Shown here one piece after another: positions 1-10,996 of a stretch of 64,000 nt of DNA. Source of the DNA: a virus. Below the pieces are notes generated by a model. That model ran no database searches. It saw only the letters and a program-made list of their open reading frames with translations, and had not been told where the DNA came from. The translations under genes were made by a program, and so were the position numbers. Where the stretch lies: the IMG/VR virus record IMGVR_UViG_3300017917_001336, positions 64,001-128,000 of that record; one strand, written 5' to 3'. Positions within the stretch are counted from its first letter, which is position 1. Every line of letters begins with the position of its first letter.

Positions 1-11
1 GTGAAGATGAT

Positions 12-1211
12 ATGCCAGCTACAATTTTAGATTTACTAACTTCAGACTATGTAGATTTTGACGCTCCAGATCCAGCATTATATCCAAAAGGAATCATGCT
101 ATGGAACTTACGTCGTAGCGGTAACAACGTGAAAAAGTTTGTTCGTAACTATGTTGATGTTAATGATATTAACACAAGAATGAATGAGAACATGACTAGT
201 TACTATCCACATCGCTGGGTGACTGAATCTGGCAACCAAGAAAATGGTGCAGGAACTTTTGGTCGTAAAGCACAGCGTAAGGTTGTTATCCAAGCTCTAC
301 AAGCATTAGTTAATACAAACCAACAAGTTCGTGACGAAGAATCACGTATCTTTAACTTAATTGCTTGCCCAGGTTATCCAGAACTAACAGGCGAACTAGT
401 ATCACTAAACACAGATCGCGGTTTAACAGCATTTGTTGTTGCTGATACACCGGCACGTTTAACACCAGACGCTACAAGTTTAGCTAACTGGGGTAATAAC
501 GTAGCAGGCGCATTGGAAGATAACGATAAAGGTTTAGTAACTAGCGATGAATACTTAGGTGTGTTCTATCCATGGGGTTACACAAGTGACAACTTAGGAA
601 ATAACATTGTTGTTCCTCCAAGTCACATGATTTTACGCACTATTGCGTTAAATGACCAAGTTAGCTATCCATGGTTTGCACCTGCAGGTACACGCCGTGG
701 TGGTATTACTAACGCTACAGCAGTTGGCTATGTTGACAGCAACGGAGAATTCCAATCAGTTGCATTAAACAACGGTCAGCGTGATACATTAGCAAGTGTT
801 AAAGTTAATCCAATTACATTTATTACAGGAACAGGTCTTGTTAACTACGGTCAATATACTCGCGCTAAAAATGCAAGTTCATTAGATCGTATTAACGTAG
901 CTCGTTTAGTGGTTTATCTACGTCGTCAATTGTCGCAGTTGGCAAAACCATATGTGTTTGAACCAAACGATAAGATTACACGTGATGAATTAAAAGGTGC
1001 AGCAGAAAGTTTATTACTAGAACTAGTCGGCCAACGTGCTCTTTATGATTATGTTGTAGTTTGCGATACAAGCAATAATACACCAACACGTATTGACCGT
1101 AATGAACTATATTTAGACATTGCGATTGAACCAGTTAAAGCAGTTGAATTTATTTACATTCCACTACGCTTAAAGAACACTGGCGAAATCAAAGGCCTAA
1201 ACAATCAATAA
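12..1211 (+). CDS. Tail sheath protein, C-terminal part (likely begins upstream of the window)
   Basis: Sheath motifs PWFAPAGTRRG, INVARL, FEPND, CDTSNNT, IEPVKAVEFI. Confidence 0.93.
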   Translation: MPATILDLLTSDYVDFDAPDPALYPKGIMLWNLRRSGNNVKKFVRNYVDVNDINTRMNENMTSYYPHRWVTESGNQENGAGTFGRKAQRKVVIQALQALVNTNQQVRDEESRIFNLIACPGYPELTGELVSLNTDRGLTAFVVADTPARLTPDATSLANWGNNVAGALEDNDKGLVTSDEYLGVFYPWGYTSDNLGNNIVVPPSHMILRTIALNDQVSYPWFAPAGTRRGGITNATAVGYVDSNGEFQSVALNNGQRDTLASVKVNPITFITGTGLVNYGQYTRAKNASSLDRINVARLVVYLRRQLSQLAKPYVFEPNDKITRDELKGAAESLLLELVGQRALYDYVVVCDTSNNTPTRIDRNELYLDIAIEPVKAVEFIYIPLRLKNTGEIKGLNNQ

Positions 1212-1227
1212 TATCGGAGCATAGAAT

Positions 1228-1854
1228 ATGGCAATCGCAAGTTTATCAAAATTTACAGTACCTTTAGCTAGTGATCAATCAGCTAGCGCACAAGGTATGT
1301 TGATGCCAAAGCTCAAATATCGCTTTAGAGTGATGTTTGAAAACTTTGGAGTATCAACACCAACAACAGAACTTACAAAACAAGTTCAAGATGCTGCAAG
1401 ACCAAACGTTCAGTTTGAAAACCAAAAGATTATGGTTTATAACTCAACAATTAACTATGCTGGCCGCCCAACTTGGCAGACAATGACTGTTAAGCTACGT
1501 GATGATGTAACTGGGTCAGTTAGCAAGTTAGTCGGCGAACAAATGCAAAAGCAGTTTGACTTCTTTGAACAAAGTTCAGCGGCTTCAGGCGGTGACTACA
1601 AGTTCTTAATGCGTGTAGAGATGTTAGACGGCGGTAACGGCGCTAATGCTCCAACAGTATTAGAAACTTGGGAGTGCTATGGTTGCTACGTTACTCAAGT
1701 TAACTACAACTCACTAGGTTATGGTGATCAAACTATGTTAACTATTGATTTAACAATTCAACCAGACAACTGTATCCAGACTACAGGTGGTGCAGCTGCA
1801 CCAACTATAAGAGCTCAAGGTACAGCAGCAACTGCATCAGGCAACAGAGTATAA
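1228..1854 (+). CDS. Tail tube protein (T4 gp19-like)
   Basis: Follows sheath; YAGRPTW motif, size and beta-rich pattern of gp19. Confidence 0.85.
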   Translation: MAIASLSKFTVPLASDQSASAQGMLMPKLKYRFRVMFENFGVSTPTTELTKQVQDAARPNVQFENQKIMVYNSTINYAGRPTWQTMTVKLRDDVTGSVSKLVGEQMQKQFDFFEQSSAASGGDYKFLMRVEMLDGGNGANAPTVLETWECYGCYVTQVNYNSLGYGDQTMLTIDLTIQPDNCIQTTGGAAAPTIRAQGTAATASGNRV

Positions 1855-1858
1855 GAAT

Positions 1859-1887
1859 AAGGGCCTACTTAGTAGGCCTTTATTTTA
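1859..1887 (+). terminator. Intrinsic terminator
   Basis: GGCCTAC-TTA-GTAGGCC hairpin followed by T-rich tract after the tail tube gene. Confidence 0.75.
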
Positions 1888-1931
1888 GGCATTCATTATA
1901 TACGTAGATTATTCGTTGAATAAATATTAGT

Positions 1932-2921
1932 ATGGCCTTTACCCCTAATCGATACTTACGACAAAACACATCAACAACATTGCGTGATCCGCAGCATGCC
2001 GCACGATTGTTTGTTGACGATCAATTTAGACTTGCACCTAAACACAAATTTTTATTCCACGTAGCATTTAATATTAATCCTGCCGCATTGTCAGATAGCA
2101 GTCTTATACAAAGGCACAGAAATGAAATTAATATGTTAGTTAAGAGTTGTGACTTACCTAACTTTAGTGTGCAATCTGAAACACTAAATCAATACAACAG
2201 AAAAAAGAATATTCAAACCATGATGAAATACAATGCAATAAACATTACGTTTCATGATGACAATATGGGGTTAGTAAATTATTTGTGGCAAAATTATTAC
2301 AGTTACTACTATGCTGATCCGTTAGTTTCTACAGACCCATCTGCATATAATAGAACAGCTACTAAAAACGGAAGTTTTATTAAAGTGCCTTATGGATTAG
2401 ATAACGGTAGTACATTACCATTTTTTAATTACATTACCATTTACCAAATGGCACGCCACGAGTATGTTAGTTATACTTTGCACACACCGTTGATTACCGC
2501 ATGGAATCATAATAAATTAGATTCATCGGCTACAGGTGTGCATGATAACTCAGTAACAGTTGCGTATGAAGCAGTATCATATGCATCGGGTGATGTCATC
2601 ACAGGAGACCCAGAAGGTTTTGGCCAAGAGCATTATGACACTGGCAGTAGCTCATTACAAGGTACTCCTTTAGCAGGATCACAATCCCCGTCGTTCGTTA
2701 ATAACAATCCAACAAACCCTATTGGTATTATTAACACCATAACAGAACAAGTTAGTACCTATCAAAATTCACAACAAAAAGCTAGCCCGTCTACTCCTGG
2801 AATAATTAATGCTGCTGTGACTCCAAACGCAACTACAGTTACCGGATTACAAGGAGTTGTATTTCCAAAAAGTAACATTGCTAACACAGATACAACAGTA
2901 GCATCACAAATTAAATTATAA
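1932..2921 (+). CDS. Tail tube-like / baseplate-tube junction protein
   Basis: gp19/gp54-like pattern (LVKSCDLP, ITFHDD); position in tail module; TAAATA promoter 5 nt upstream. Confidence 0.6.
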   Translation: MAFTPNRYLRQNTSTTLRDPQHAARLFVDDQFRLAPKHKFLFHVAFNINPAALSDSSLIQRHRNEINMLVKSCDLPNFSVQSETLNQYNRKKNIQTMMKYNAINITFHDDNMGLVNYLWQNYYSYYYADPLVSTDPSAYNRTATKNGSFIKVPYGLDNGSTLPFFNYITIYQMARHEYVSYTLHTPLITAWNHNKLDSSATGVHDNSVTVAYEAVSYASGDVITGDPEGFGQEHYDTGSSSLQGTPLAGSQSPSFVNNNPTNPIGIINTITEQVSTYQNSQQKASPSTPGIINAAVTPNATTVTGLQGVVFPKSNIANTDTTVASQIKL

Positions 2922-2933
2922 TTAGGAAAACAA

Positions 2934-3302
2934 ATGATATCTAATTTGCCATCAACAACAGTCACTGACTCTAGCTTAGAAGTTAGACAGTTTTTTAATA
3001 AATTTTACGACCATCAAGTTAGTTTTCCAGCAACAGAAATTGATAGTACTGTTGGATTTTTCCTCAAACATAATTTTGATGAAGAAAGTGCAAGAAGCAC
3101 CGCAATCGTTTTATTAAATCAAGCAAAAGAAGATGGCGTTAATGTATTCGAATTGTTAGATTCTTTAAAGCAATTAAATGATATTCAACTTAGTCAAGTT
3201 GTTGCACAAGTATTAAATGCTTACAGAGAAAAAACAAGTTTACTCGGTTATCGAGTAACACAAAACATTGACACATACGAAACTAGAAATATATTAGTGT
3301 AA
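2934..3302 (+). CDS. Hypothetical virion-module protein
   Basis: ORF with RBS, in operon. Confidence 0.6.
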   Translation: MISNLPSTTVTDSSLEVRQFFNKFYDHQVSFPATEIDSTVGFFLKHNFDEESARSTAIVLLNQAKEDGVNVFELLDSLKQLNDIQLSQVVAQVLNAYREKTSLLGYRVTQNIDTYETRNILV

Positions 3303-3739
3303 TGGGTAGAAAATTCGCAAGTGGCAAATTTCAAATGACACATCCAGAAAAGTATGTAGGAACTAAGGTGCCTACATACAGATCAAGCTGGGAGTGGAGT
3401 TTTATGCGATTTTGTGATACTAATGTTTCAGTACAAAAATGGGCTAGCGAAGCCGTTCAGATACCTTACAGAGATCCGTTAACTGGAAGACAAACAGTTT
3501 ATGTTCCTGATTTCTTTATTCAATATATTGATAAGAACAGGAAAATGCATGTTGAGCTTATCGAAATCAAACCTGCAAGCCAAGCAATATTAGAGCGTGT
3601 AGGTAAGAACAAATACAATCAAGCACAATATGTAAAAAATCAAGCTAAGTGGGCTGCGGCAAATCTATGGTGTAAACAGCAAGGTATAAAGTTTCGTATA
3701 GTTAGCGAAAATGATTTATTTCATAATGGCCAAGCATAA
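3302..3739 (+). CDS. Head completion nuclease (T4 gp4 / TnsA-like PD-(D/E)xK)
   Basis: YRSSWE...WASE...YVPDF...EIKP...AKW motifs. Confidence 0.88.
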   Translation: MGRKFASGKFQMTHPEKYVGTKVPTYRSSWEWSFMRFCDTNVSVQKWASEAVQIPYRDPLTGRQTVYVPDFFIQYIDKNRKMHVELIEIKPASQAILERVGKNKYNQAQYVKNQAKWAAANLWCKQQGIKFRIVSENDLFHNGQA

Positions 3740-3747
3740 GTAAGAGT

Positions 3748-4236
3748 ATGACTAAAAAACTTGAAGAAATTTTAAACTTACCCGAAAGCAAGAAAATTGT
3801 TAAGGACGAAGAAAAGAAAGCAGTTAAAAACAGTCTTTCTAAACCCGAACCTTTTTTGCGTAGTATGGAAGAATTTGACAAAATCTCAGCTAGTTTGCCA
3901 CAAGTAAAAGGGTTAGGCGATGCTGCAGATTCTGAATTTGATGCACTAGCTCAACGTGCTACGGATGCCTACGATGATCTAATCGATTTAGGCATGAACG
4001 TTGAAGCTCGTTATTCAGCACGTATTTTTGAAGTTGCTGGTACAATGCTTAAAAATGCTATCGATGCTAAATCAGCTAAAATTGACAAAAAACTAAAAAT
4101 GATTGAGCTACAGCTAAAGAAAGCTAAGTTAGATCAAGATGCGAGTACAGCAGATGACGGAATAAGTTTACAAGGTGACGGTGTTATTATTACAGACCGC
4201 AATAGTTTGTTGGAAAAACTTAAGAATTTGAAATAA
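3748..4236 (+). CDS. Probable terminase small subunit
   Basis: Helical/coiled-coil protein of suitable size near the large terminase. Confidence 0.5.
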   Translation: MTKKLEEILNLPESKKIVKDEEKKAVKNSLSKPEPFLRSMEEFDKISASLPQVKGLGDAADSEFDALAQRATDAYDDLIDLGMNVEARYSARIFEVAGTMLKNAIDAKSAKIDKKLKMIELQLKKAKLDQDASTADDGISLQGDGVIITDRNSLLEKLKNLK

Positions 4237-4257
4237 ATATAGTATCAGGATTATAAC

Positions 4258-4800
4258 ATGAAATCGTTTAAAGAATATCTAACAGAAAGCAAAAAAGTTT
4301 ACGAGTTTAAAATTAAACTTGCAGGCGATTTTGAAAAAGGCGGCGATGCTATTAAAAAAGCATTAGCACAGTACAAAGTTGAGTCTTGCTCATCAGGCAA
4401 GCGTACACCAATTGCGGAAACTCAGCCAGACTTCCCAAATCATAAAAATACAAACGTAACAGTTTTTGACGTTGTATTAGCATATCCAACAAATAGTCCA
4501 CGAGTACGTGCTGCTGTTGCTGAAGCTTTAGGTTGTGGTGAAGAATGCGTAAAAGTTCGTAATTTACAAGAAGAAGCAGAAGATGCCATCAATCACCAAC
4601 ACGATGAAAAAACAGGCGTTTCTGTGTTAAGCAAAGACTACGAAGCAAGTGATAATCAAAAACTTGTTGGTGATAAACATGTATTCAGTTTATTAAAAGA
4701 ATTAGGTAAAACCAAACACTCTGGTGAACAAGTTAAAGGCATCAACGATGAAATTTTAGCAAAGTCTGTTCCATCAGAAAAGACTGCTGGAGGAAAATAA
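4258..4800 (+). CDS. Hypothetical internal head protein
   Basis: N-terminus MKSFKEYLTE resembles the T4 capsid-targeting sequence; TAAATA promoter upstream. Confidence 0.55.
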   Translation: MKSFKEYLTESKKVYEFKIKLAGDFEKGGDAIKKALAQYKVESCSSGKRTPIAETQPDFPNHKNTNVTVFDVVLAYPTNSPRVRAAVAEALGCGEECVKVRNLQEEAEDAINHQHDEKTGVSVLSKDYEASDNQKLVGDKHVFSLLKELGKTKHSGEQVKGINDEILAKSVPSEKTAGGK

Positions 4801-5909
4801 TGAATTTTCAAGACTTACTAACAAGAATCAAATCAATTGAAGAAGGCAATGGCGCCGGTGCCGGCGACGAATGCGATACTAACATGCCTACATCAACTGA
4901 TAACTTACTAATTGGTGAAAAAGGTATTGGTGGTGATCCAACTGATGATCTTATTTCAGATGTTACCGCAAAGGAATGCGGAATGATGCCAACAGCTGGC
5001 CCAAAACAATCTGATTCAGTTACTATGAATGTTAGCATGAATGGCAGCGGCGCAGGTGGCATACGTGACCTGATGGCAATTTTAAAGAATATAGAACAAG
5101 GCGGCGGCAAAGGTGATGTAGTATTTGGAACTGATGAAAATGCGTCAGCAGGTGCTACAAGCTCTGGAGCCATTGCTCCAATACCTAACGCTAAAGAAGA
5201 ATTTGCAAATGAACCAGACACGCATGTGTCTTCAGCTGATGCAGTTACGCCAACTGGTAATGACTTATCAAGCAAGGGCGGTGAAGCTGAAAAAGTCAAT
5301 GGCGGCGGAAATCCAATGGGCGTAGATGAAGCACTCGTACAAAGATTATCACAGCACTATCAGCGCATTAAAGAAGATGTCGGCATGCCAAACACAGCAA
5401 GACCACAACAACGTGCAATTGATCCTGTGAGACAAGCAGATGTTCAGCAAATTCCACAAAAAGTATCGCCACAAGCAAACCGTCCGGGACTTGCACCAAA
5501 TGGTGATCCTAAATTGTGGGATATACAGTTTGAGTTACAGAAAAAAGGATATAAAATTAAAGCTGACGGCTTAAATGGGCCAGCAACTGAAAAAGCTGCA
5601 CGTGAAGCAGGACTTGTACATGATAGTATGCAAGACATTGCTAATCCTACCGCAGTAACGGTTGGTGATAAAATTGGACATACTTTAGGTTCTGGAACAG
5701 GTTGGATTGAAACTGCATGGAGAAACATCAAGCAAGGATTTAACCGAGGCCGTGCCGGACTTGAAGAAGGCGACGAACCAAAGACTATGAGTCGTGCAGC
5801 CAAAGGTGTTATGAAGTACGGTAAAGACGGTATGAAAGCACTAGCTAAAGCTGGCAAAGAAGGCAAAGACTTAGATAAAGTTAGAGACAAATATAACAAA
5901 TACGATTAA
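4800..5909 (+). CDS. Hypothetical virion protein with a peptidoglycan-binding-like segment
   Basis: IQFELQKKGYKIKADGLNGPATEKA matches the PG_binding_1 pattern. Confidence 0.55.
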   Translation: MNFQDLLTRIKSIEEGNGAGAGDECDTNMPTSTDNLLIGEKGIGGDPTDDLISDVTAKECGMMPTAGPKQSDSVTMNVSMNGSGAGGIRDLMAILKNIEQGGGKGDVVFGTDENASAGATSSGAIAPIPNAKEEFANEPDTHVSSADAVTPTGNDLSSKGGEAEKVNGGGNPMGVDEALVQRLSQHYQRIKEDVGMPNTARPQQRAIDPVRQADVQQIPQKVSPQANRPGLAPNGDPKLWDIQFELQKKGYKIKADGLNGPATEKAAREAGLVHDSMQDIANPTAVTVGDKIGHTLGSGTGWIETAWRNIKQGFNRGRAGLEEGDEPKTMSRAAKGVMKYGKDGMKALAKAGKEGKDLDKVRDKYNKYD

Positions 5910-5943
5910 TATTGTTCGTTGCAGTAGGGTAGATTAAGACCCC

Positions 5944-5970
5944 AAAACCACCCTTAGGGGTGGTTTTTTT
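5944..5970 (+). terminator. Intrinsic terminator
   Basis: AAAACCACCC-TTAG-GGGTGGTTTT plus T-tract. Confidence 0.8.
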
Positions 5971-5983
5971 ATGTAAATAAAGT

Positions 5984-7576
5984 ATGGCTAAAAGTTTAGA
6001 TGGCGTCTTAACAAAAAAGGCGCATACTAAGGAAAAATTTACAGAACAGCAAGTACAAGACTTGCTAATGTGTGCTGACCCCGTAGAAGGGTACATGTAC
6101 TTTGTTAAGAATTTTTTCCATATTCAGCATCCTACCAAAGGCAAGGTTAAATTTGAACCTTTTGAATACCAGGAAAGGTTACTTCACTCATACCACGATT
6201 ATCGTTTTAATATTAACATGATGCCACGTCAGTCTGGAAAGACTACGTGTGCCGCAGGTTATTTGCTATGGTACGCCATGTTCCACCCTGATCAAACTAT
6301 TTTAGTTGCTGCTCACAAATATACAGGTGCTCAGGAAATTATGCAACGTATTCGCTACGGATATGAATTGTGTGCAGATTATATTAGAGCAGGTGTAATA
6401 AGTTACAATAAAGGATCTATTGAATTTGAAAACGGATCTCGTATTGTAAGTCAAACAACAACTGGAACAACGGGTCGTGGTATGTCTATTTCATTACTAT
6501 ACTGTGACGAGTTTGCGTTCGTACAACCTAATATTGCTGAAGAATTTTGGACTTCTATATCTCCTACACTAGCAACTGGTGGTAAGGCAATTATTACATC
6601 TACTCCTAATAGTGACGAAGATACATTTGCTAATATTTGGAAAGAAAGTAAAGAAACATTAGACGAGTATGGAAATGAAACAACAACAGGATTAGGGCGC
6701 AACGGATTTCATGGCTTTAGAGCCGAATGGTACGAACATCCTGACAGAGATGACGACTGGAGAAAAGCAGAATTAGGACGCATTGGCGAAGAGCGTTTCC
6801 GTCGTGAGTATGGATGTGAGTTCTTAATTTATGACGAAACTTTAATTAATTCTATTAAATTATCTGACATGACAGGTAAGGAGCCTGCATTTAAGATGGG
6901 GCAAATACGTTGGTACAAAAAACCAACATCGGGCAATACATACTTAGTGGGATTAGATCCTAGTTTAGGAACTGGTGGAGATTTTGCAGGTATACAAGTA
7001 TTTGAATTACCAAGTATGATTCAGTGTGCAGAGTGGCAACATAACTTAACAATCGTGCAAGATCAAGTTAAGTTGTTAAGAGATGTTATTAGATATATCC
7101 AGGACGAAATAGGACAAGATTATCAAAACAGCATTTACTGGAGTGTTGAAAATAATACGTTAGGTGAAGCTGCACTTGTAGTTATTGCTAATTTAGGCGA
7201 AGAAACATTTCCTGGCTTATTTTTAAGCGAGCCCGTAAGAAAAGGACATGTTCGTAAATTCCGTAAGGGATTTAATACTACACACGGATCAAAGATTTCA
7301 GCATGTAGTCGTTTAAAATATTTTATTGAAGAAAATAAAATGACTGTACACAGCAAGTCGTTAATTAGCGAGCTTAAAACATTTATTGCACAAGGCCCAA
7401 CGTTTAAAGCTAAAGAAGGACAACACGACGACCTTGTATCTGCATTATTACTAATAGTACGTATGACTGTAGTATTAGCAGAGTGGGATCCAGCTGTATT
7501 TGAAAAACTTAGCATCGAAAGTGTAATAGACGACGATTGGGAAGCTCCGCTGCCAATCTTCATTAGCAGTAATTAG
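5984..7576 (+). CDS. Terminase large subunit (T4 gp17-like)
   Basis: PRQSGKT Walker A, LLYCDEFAF Walker B, ITSTP, nuclease motifs GLDPSLG and HDDLV. Confidence 0.96.
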   Translation: MAKSLDGVLTKKAHTKEKFTEQQVQDLLMCADPVEGYMYFVKNFFHIQHPTKGKVKFEPFEYQERLLHSYHDYRFNINMMPRQSGKTTCAAGYLLWYAMFHPDQTILVAAHKYTGAQEIMQRIRYGYELCADYIRAGVISYNKGSIEFENGSRIVSQTTTGTTGRGMSISLLYCDEFAFVQPNIAEEFWTSISPTLATGGKAIITSTPNSDEDTFANIWKESKETLDEYGNETTTGLGRNGFHGFRAEWYEHPDRDDDWRKAELGRIGEERFRREYGCEFLIYDETLINSIKLSDMTGKEPAFKMGQIRWYKKPTSGNTYLVGLDPSLGTGGDFAGIQVFELPSMIQCAEWQHNLTIVQDQVKLLRDVIRYIQDEIGQDYQNSIYWSVENNTLGEAALVVIANLGEETFPGLFLSEPVRKGHVRKFRKGFNTTHGSKISACSRLKYFIEENKMTVHSKSLISELKTFIAQGPTFKAKEGQHDDLVSALLLIVRMTVVLAEWDPAVFEKLSIESVIDDDWEAPLPIFISSN

Positions 7577-7589
7577 TGATAAATATAAC

Positions 7590-9806
7590 ATGGACGCAAA
7601 TTTAGATAAAATCGCCAAAGATTTATATGGCAAAATACAGACCCGCTTTCGTAACATTAAAATTGGGGACGAAAACGCCGAAGTCTTGAGTAAAAAAGCA
7701 GACATTCCTAACGCTCGTTTCTTTGAATTTGAATACGAAGAAAACGGTGAACCGTTAGGAACTATTGCTATTACTTTAGATGCCGAAGACGGAATTGTAG
7801 TGCAAGTTAGCGGCGACCTAGTTAACGATGATGATACTACTACTCACCACGGAGCATATCAATTTATTCGCGGTTTTAGACAATTTGCTAAAGATAGATT
7901 ACTAAACTTTGATGTGCAAAATATTGGTAAAAGTAATTTAGATAAAAGAGATTATGAGTTTCAAGCGAAACGCAAGGAAGAACCTGTCATGCAACAACCA
8001 GCGATAATGGAAAATAAACTATACGGTAATGCTAGAATGAGCTATCAAGATTTAGGCGAAGCACGTTTAATTATTAAACACAGCCAACCTATCAACTTAG
8101 ATTTACCAGCAGGCCGAACAATGCATATTGAAAGCATTTACATTGAAAATGCTGAAGGTGAAAGATTCAAGTATCCGTACAAACATATCAATGGTGCTCG
8201 CGCATTAGCAGAACACATTAAGCATGGCGGTAATCCTTACGATGCAATTGGCAAACACATTTGTAACCTAAGCGAAGAACTTGCAAGCCTGAGAAAGTTT
8301 AAAGGATATGTTAGCCGTCAAGAACAGTTAAGCGAGGCAATGGCTAATGTAACATCTCGTGTTGTTGAACGTATTGAAGAAATCAAAGAAACAATCTCTA
8401 AATTACAAAGACCAGCTTACTACGAATCATTTGTAGAATCTTTTGAAGCACAAGAAGAACAAATGATTCCTGAAGAAGTACAAAATGATCTAATTGACCG
8501 TTTAACTATTCGCACGTTTAATGAAGAATTAAAATCTGTATTCCCATACATTTACAAATTTGTTGACGAATCAGAATTGCCAATTATTGAAGTAGGTGTT
8601 GAAGATATCCTAGGCGAAGAAAGCAAGACAGAATACTGCGATGCTTGTGATCGTCCAGAAAAAGACTGTGTATGCGATGATCATACTCGCAAGACAGACG
8701 AATCTTTAGATCCAGAGACAGCATTTGAATCATTTATGGACGATATTGTTCGTGAAGACAAGGACGAGTTACTAAGTCCTAACCCTGATGCACAAGCGGT
8801 GGCTATTAAAAAATTAAATGATTTATTAGCACAAAATATACAAATCGGTGTTAACGGTATGAATGCTATAGGTTCTCTAAAAGGAATCATAGATGATCCA
8901 AAATTTATTGATTTGTTGCAAACTGCTCCAGCTGAAACAGATCTAAATGATTTAGTACAAGGTTGGGTTGAAACTAATCACGAAGACCTATTACCTAAAT
9001 TAACATTTCCAGAGGGAGAAGAACCAGCACCAACACCTCAGCCAACTGTTACAGCAAATCAGGCTCCTGCTACTGAACCTCCTCCTGCAGCCGCAGAACC
9101 AACAACTGAGCCTACACTAGAACCTAGTGCAACAACTCCAACTGAACCAGCTCCAGTAGCAGAAGGTAAGAAAGATAAAGAAGAGGATAATGATCCTCCG
9201 TTTGATCCAGATCCTAAACCACACGGAAAAACAACTCCAGGTAAACATGGTCAGGGTTATTCACAAGCACGTCATTTAGCACGTCAAGGAATGGCCGCTG
9301 CTATGAAGAAAGCAGTCAAAGCAGGTGCAACTTTAGAAACAGCATTAGACTTTGGTTACGGTGTTAAAACTATCCAAGAAATTTTAGACGAATGCGGAAT
9401 GACTCCAGCAGATGTTGGATTTGATTCTCCACAGGAACAAGGCTTGCCAGGTATGCTAAAATACATTAGTGGTTTCTATAATAAAGAAGAAGGCAACTTC
9501 CCACTCGGCGGTATGCGTGTTAAAATTAAAGTTAAGAAAGCATTTGAAGATGGTGAGTTTGGCAGCGCAAGCCCAGAAGATCTAGCTAAAGTTATTCATT
9601 TTATTGATAAGAAAGATCCAAGCGGTGATGAACAACAAAGTATGTTAAAACTAGCAGGTGTCAAACATGATCATAACAAAGGTGTTCCAAAGTTTGACGA
9701 TCATATTGACGAGATTATGGCTGAACTAATAGAGACTAAGGAAACATCAAAGGGTTATACCGAAGATGAAACATTAGCTCGAATCATTGGATTAGCTAGA
9801 GGATAA
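7590..9806 (+). CDS. Large acidic hypothetical protein, probably virion-associated
   Basis: 738 aa with Pro/Glu linker; TAAATA promoter 4 nt before ATG. Confidence 0.55.
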   Translation: MDANLDKIAKDLYGKIQTRFRNIKIGDENAEVLSKKADIPNARFFEFEYEENGEPLGTIAITLDAEDGIVVQVSGDLVNDDDTTTHHGAYQFIRGFRQFAKDRLLNFDVQNIGKSNLDKRDYEFQAKRKEEPVMQQPAIMENKLYGNARMSYQDLGEARLIIKHSQPINLDLPAGRTMHIESIYIENAEGERFKYPYKHINGARALAEHIKHGGNPYDAIGKHICNLSEELASLRKFKGYVSRQEQLSEAMANVTSRVVERIEEIKETISKLQRPAYYESFVESFEAQEEQMIPEEVQNDLIDRLTIRTFNEELKSVFPYIYKFVDESELPIIEVGVEDILGEESKTEYCDACDRPEKDCVCDDHTRKTDESLDPETAFESFMDDIVREDKDELLSPNPDAQAVAIKKLNDLLAQNIQIGVNGMNAIGSLKGIIDDPKFIDLLQTAPAETDLNDLVQGWVETNHEDLLPKLTFPEGEEPAPTPQPTVTANQAPATEPPPAAAEPTTEPTLEPSATTPTEPAPVAEGKKDKEEDNDPPFDPDPKPHGKTTPGKHGQGYSQARHLARQGMAAAMKKAVKAGATLETALDFGYGVKTIQEILDECGMTPADVGFDSPQEQGLPGMLKYISGFYNKEEGNFPLGGMRVKIKVKKAFEDGEFGSASPEDLAKVIHFIDKKDPSGDEQQSMLKLAGVKHDHNKGVPKFDDHIDEIMAELIETKETSKGYTEDETLARIIGLARG

Positions 9807-9950
9807 TTGGCTTAAAAATACCAGATTTACGGCAAGATTTCTCTTGCTATACTAAATAAAAGTGCGTACAATAACATGTATGCACTTTTTGTTTATGTAA
9901 GTTCATAAACACTATAAGGCAAAACAAAGGCATATTAAAGGAGAAATATT

Positions 9951-10943
9951 ATGGCATCTTTGGCTGAAATTCGAGCAAAACTAAAAGCAGCTGAGCAACG
10001 TGGCTCAGACAACAATTCTAGAACCGGTGGAGACAATTCCATTTATGCGTTTTGGAACTTGAAAGAAGGTGATGAATCTGTTCTAAGATTCCTTCCAGAT
10101 GGAAACACCGATAACACTTTTTTCTGGGTAGAACGTGCAATGATTAAATTGCCATTCGCTGGAATTAAAGGTGAAGCAGAAAGCAAACAAGTAACTGTCC
10201 AAGTACCTTGCATGGAAATGTACGGTGATACTTGCCCAATTCTAACTGAAGTCCGTCCTTGGTTTAAGGATCCTGCATTAGAAGATATGGGTCGTAAATA
10301 CTGGAAGAAACGCAGTTACATTTTCCAAGGCTTTGTCGTCGAAGACGGCTTAAAGGAAAAAGAAACTCCAGAAAATCCAATTCGTCGTTTCATTATTGGT
10401 CCACAAATTTTCCAACTAATTCGTTCAGCACTAGTTGATCCTGAGTTGGATGAATTGCCAACAGACTTTATTAAAGGTCTAGACTTCCGTATGAAGAAAG
10501 GTAGCAAAGGCGGTTACGCTGACTACTCAACTTCTTCATGGGCACGTCGTGAACGTCCTCTAAGTGACGATGAACAAGCAGCTATTAAGGCACACGGCTT
10601 GTTTAATTTGTCCGACTTTTTACCTAAGAAACCAACTGATGTTGAACTTAAGGTAATGAAGGAGATGTTTGAAGCATCTGTTGACGGTGAAGCATATGAT
10701 ATGGAACGCTGGGGTCAGTATTTCAAACCAGCTGGCATGAGCCAAAACACTGGTGATCCTAACAAATCAACCACATCAACTCCTAAAGCATCTGCATCAG
10801 CAGATGACTATGATGACGAACCTGCTCCAGTAGCTAAGGCAGCACCTGCCCCTGCTCCAAAAGCAGAATCACAAGATGCAGGTAGTGGCGATAGCCGTGC
10901 CCAAGACATCTTGGCGATGATTCGTAATCGTCAAAAGCAGTAA
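9951..10943 (+). CDS. Single-stranded DNA-binding protein (T4 gp32-like)
   Basis: LRFLPD, CP..C, YWKKR, YADYSTS motifs; acidic flexible tail; upstream of UvsX. Confidence 0.9.
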   Translation: MASLAEIRAKLKAAEQRGSDNNSRTGGDNSIYAFWNLKEGDESVLRFLPDGNTDNTFFWVERAMIKLPFAGIKGEAESKQVTVQVPCMEMYGDTCPILTEVRPWFKDPALEDMGRKYWKKRSYIFQGFVVEDGLKEKETPENPIRRFIIGPQIFQLIRSALVDPELDELPTDFIKGLDFRMKKGSKGGYADYSTSSWARRERPLSDDEQAAIKAHGLFNLSDFLPKKPTDVELKVMKEMFEASVDGEAYDMERWGQYFKPAGMSQNTGDPNKSTTSTPKASASADDYDDEPAPVAKAAPAPAPKAESQDAGSGDSRAQDILAMIRNRQKQ

Positions 10944-10996
10944 TTATATAACGCTCGGGTTTGCGCCCGAGCCTTCACTATTTTAGGAGAATAACT

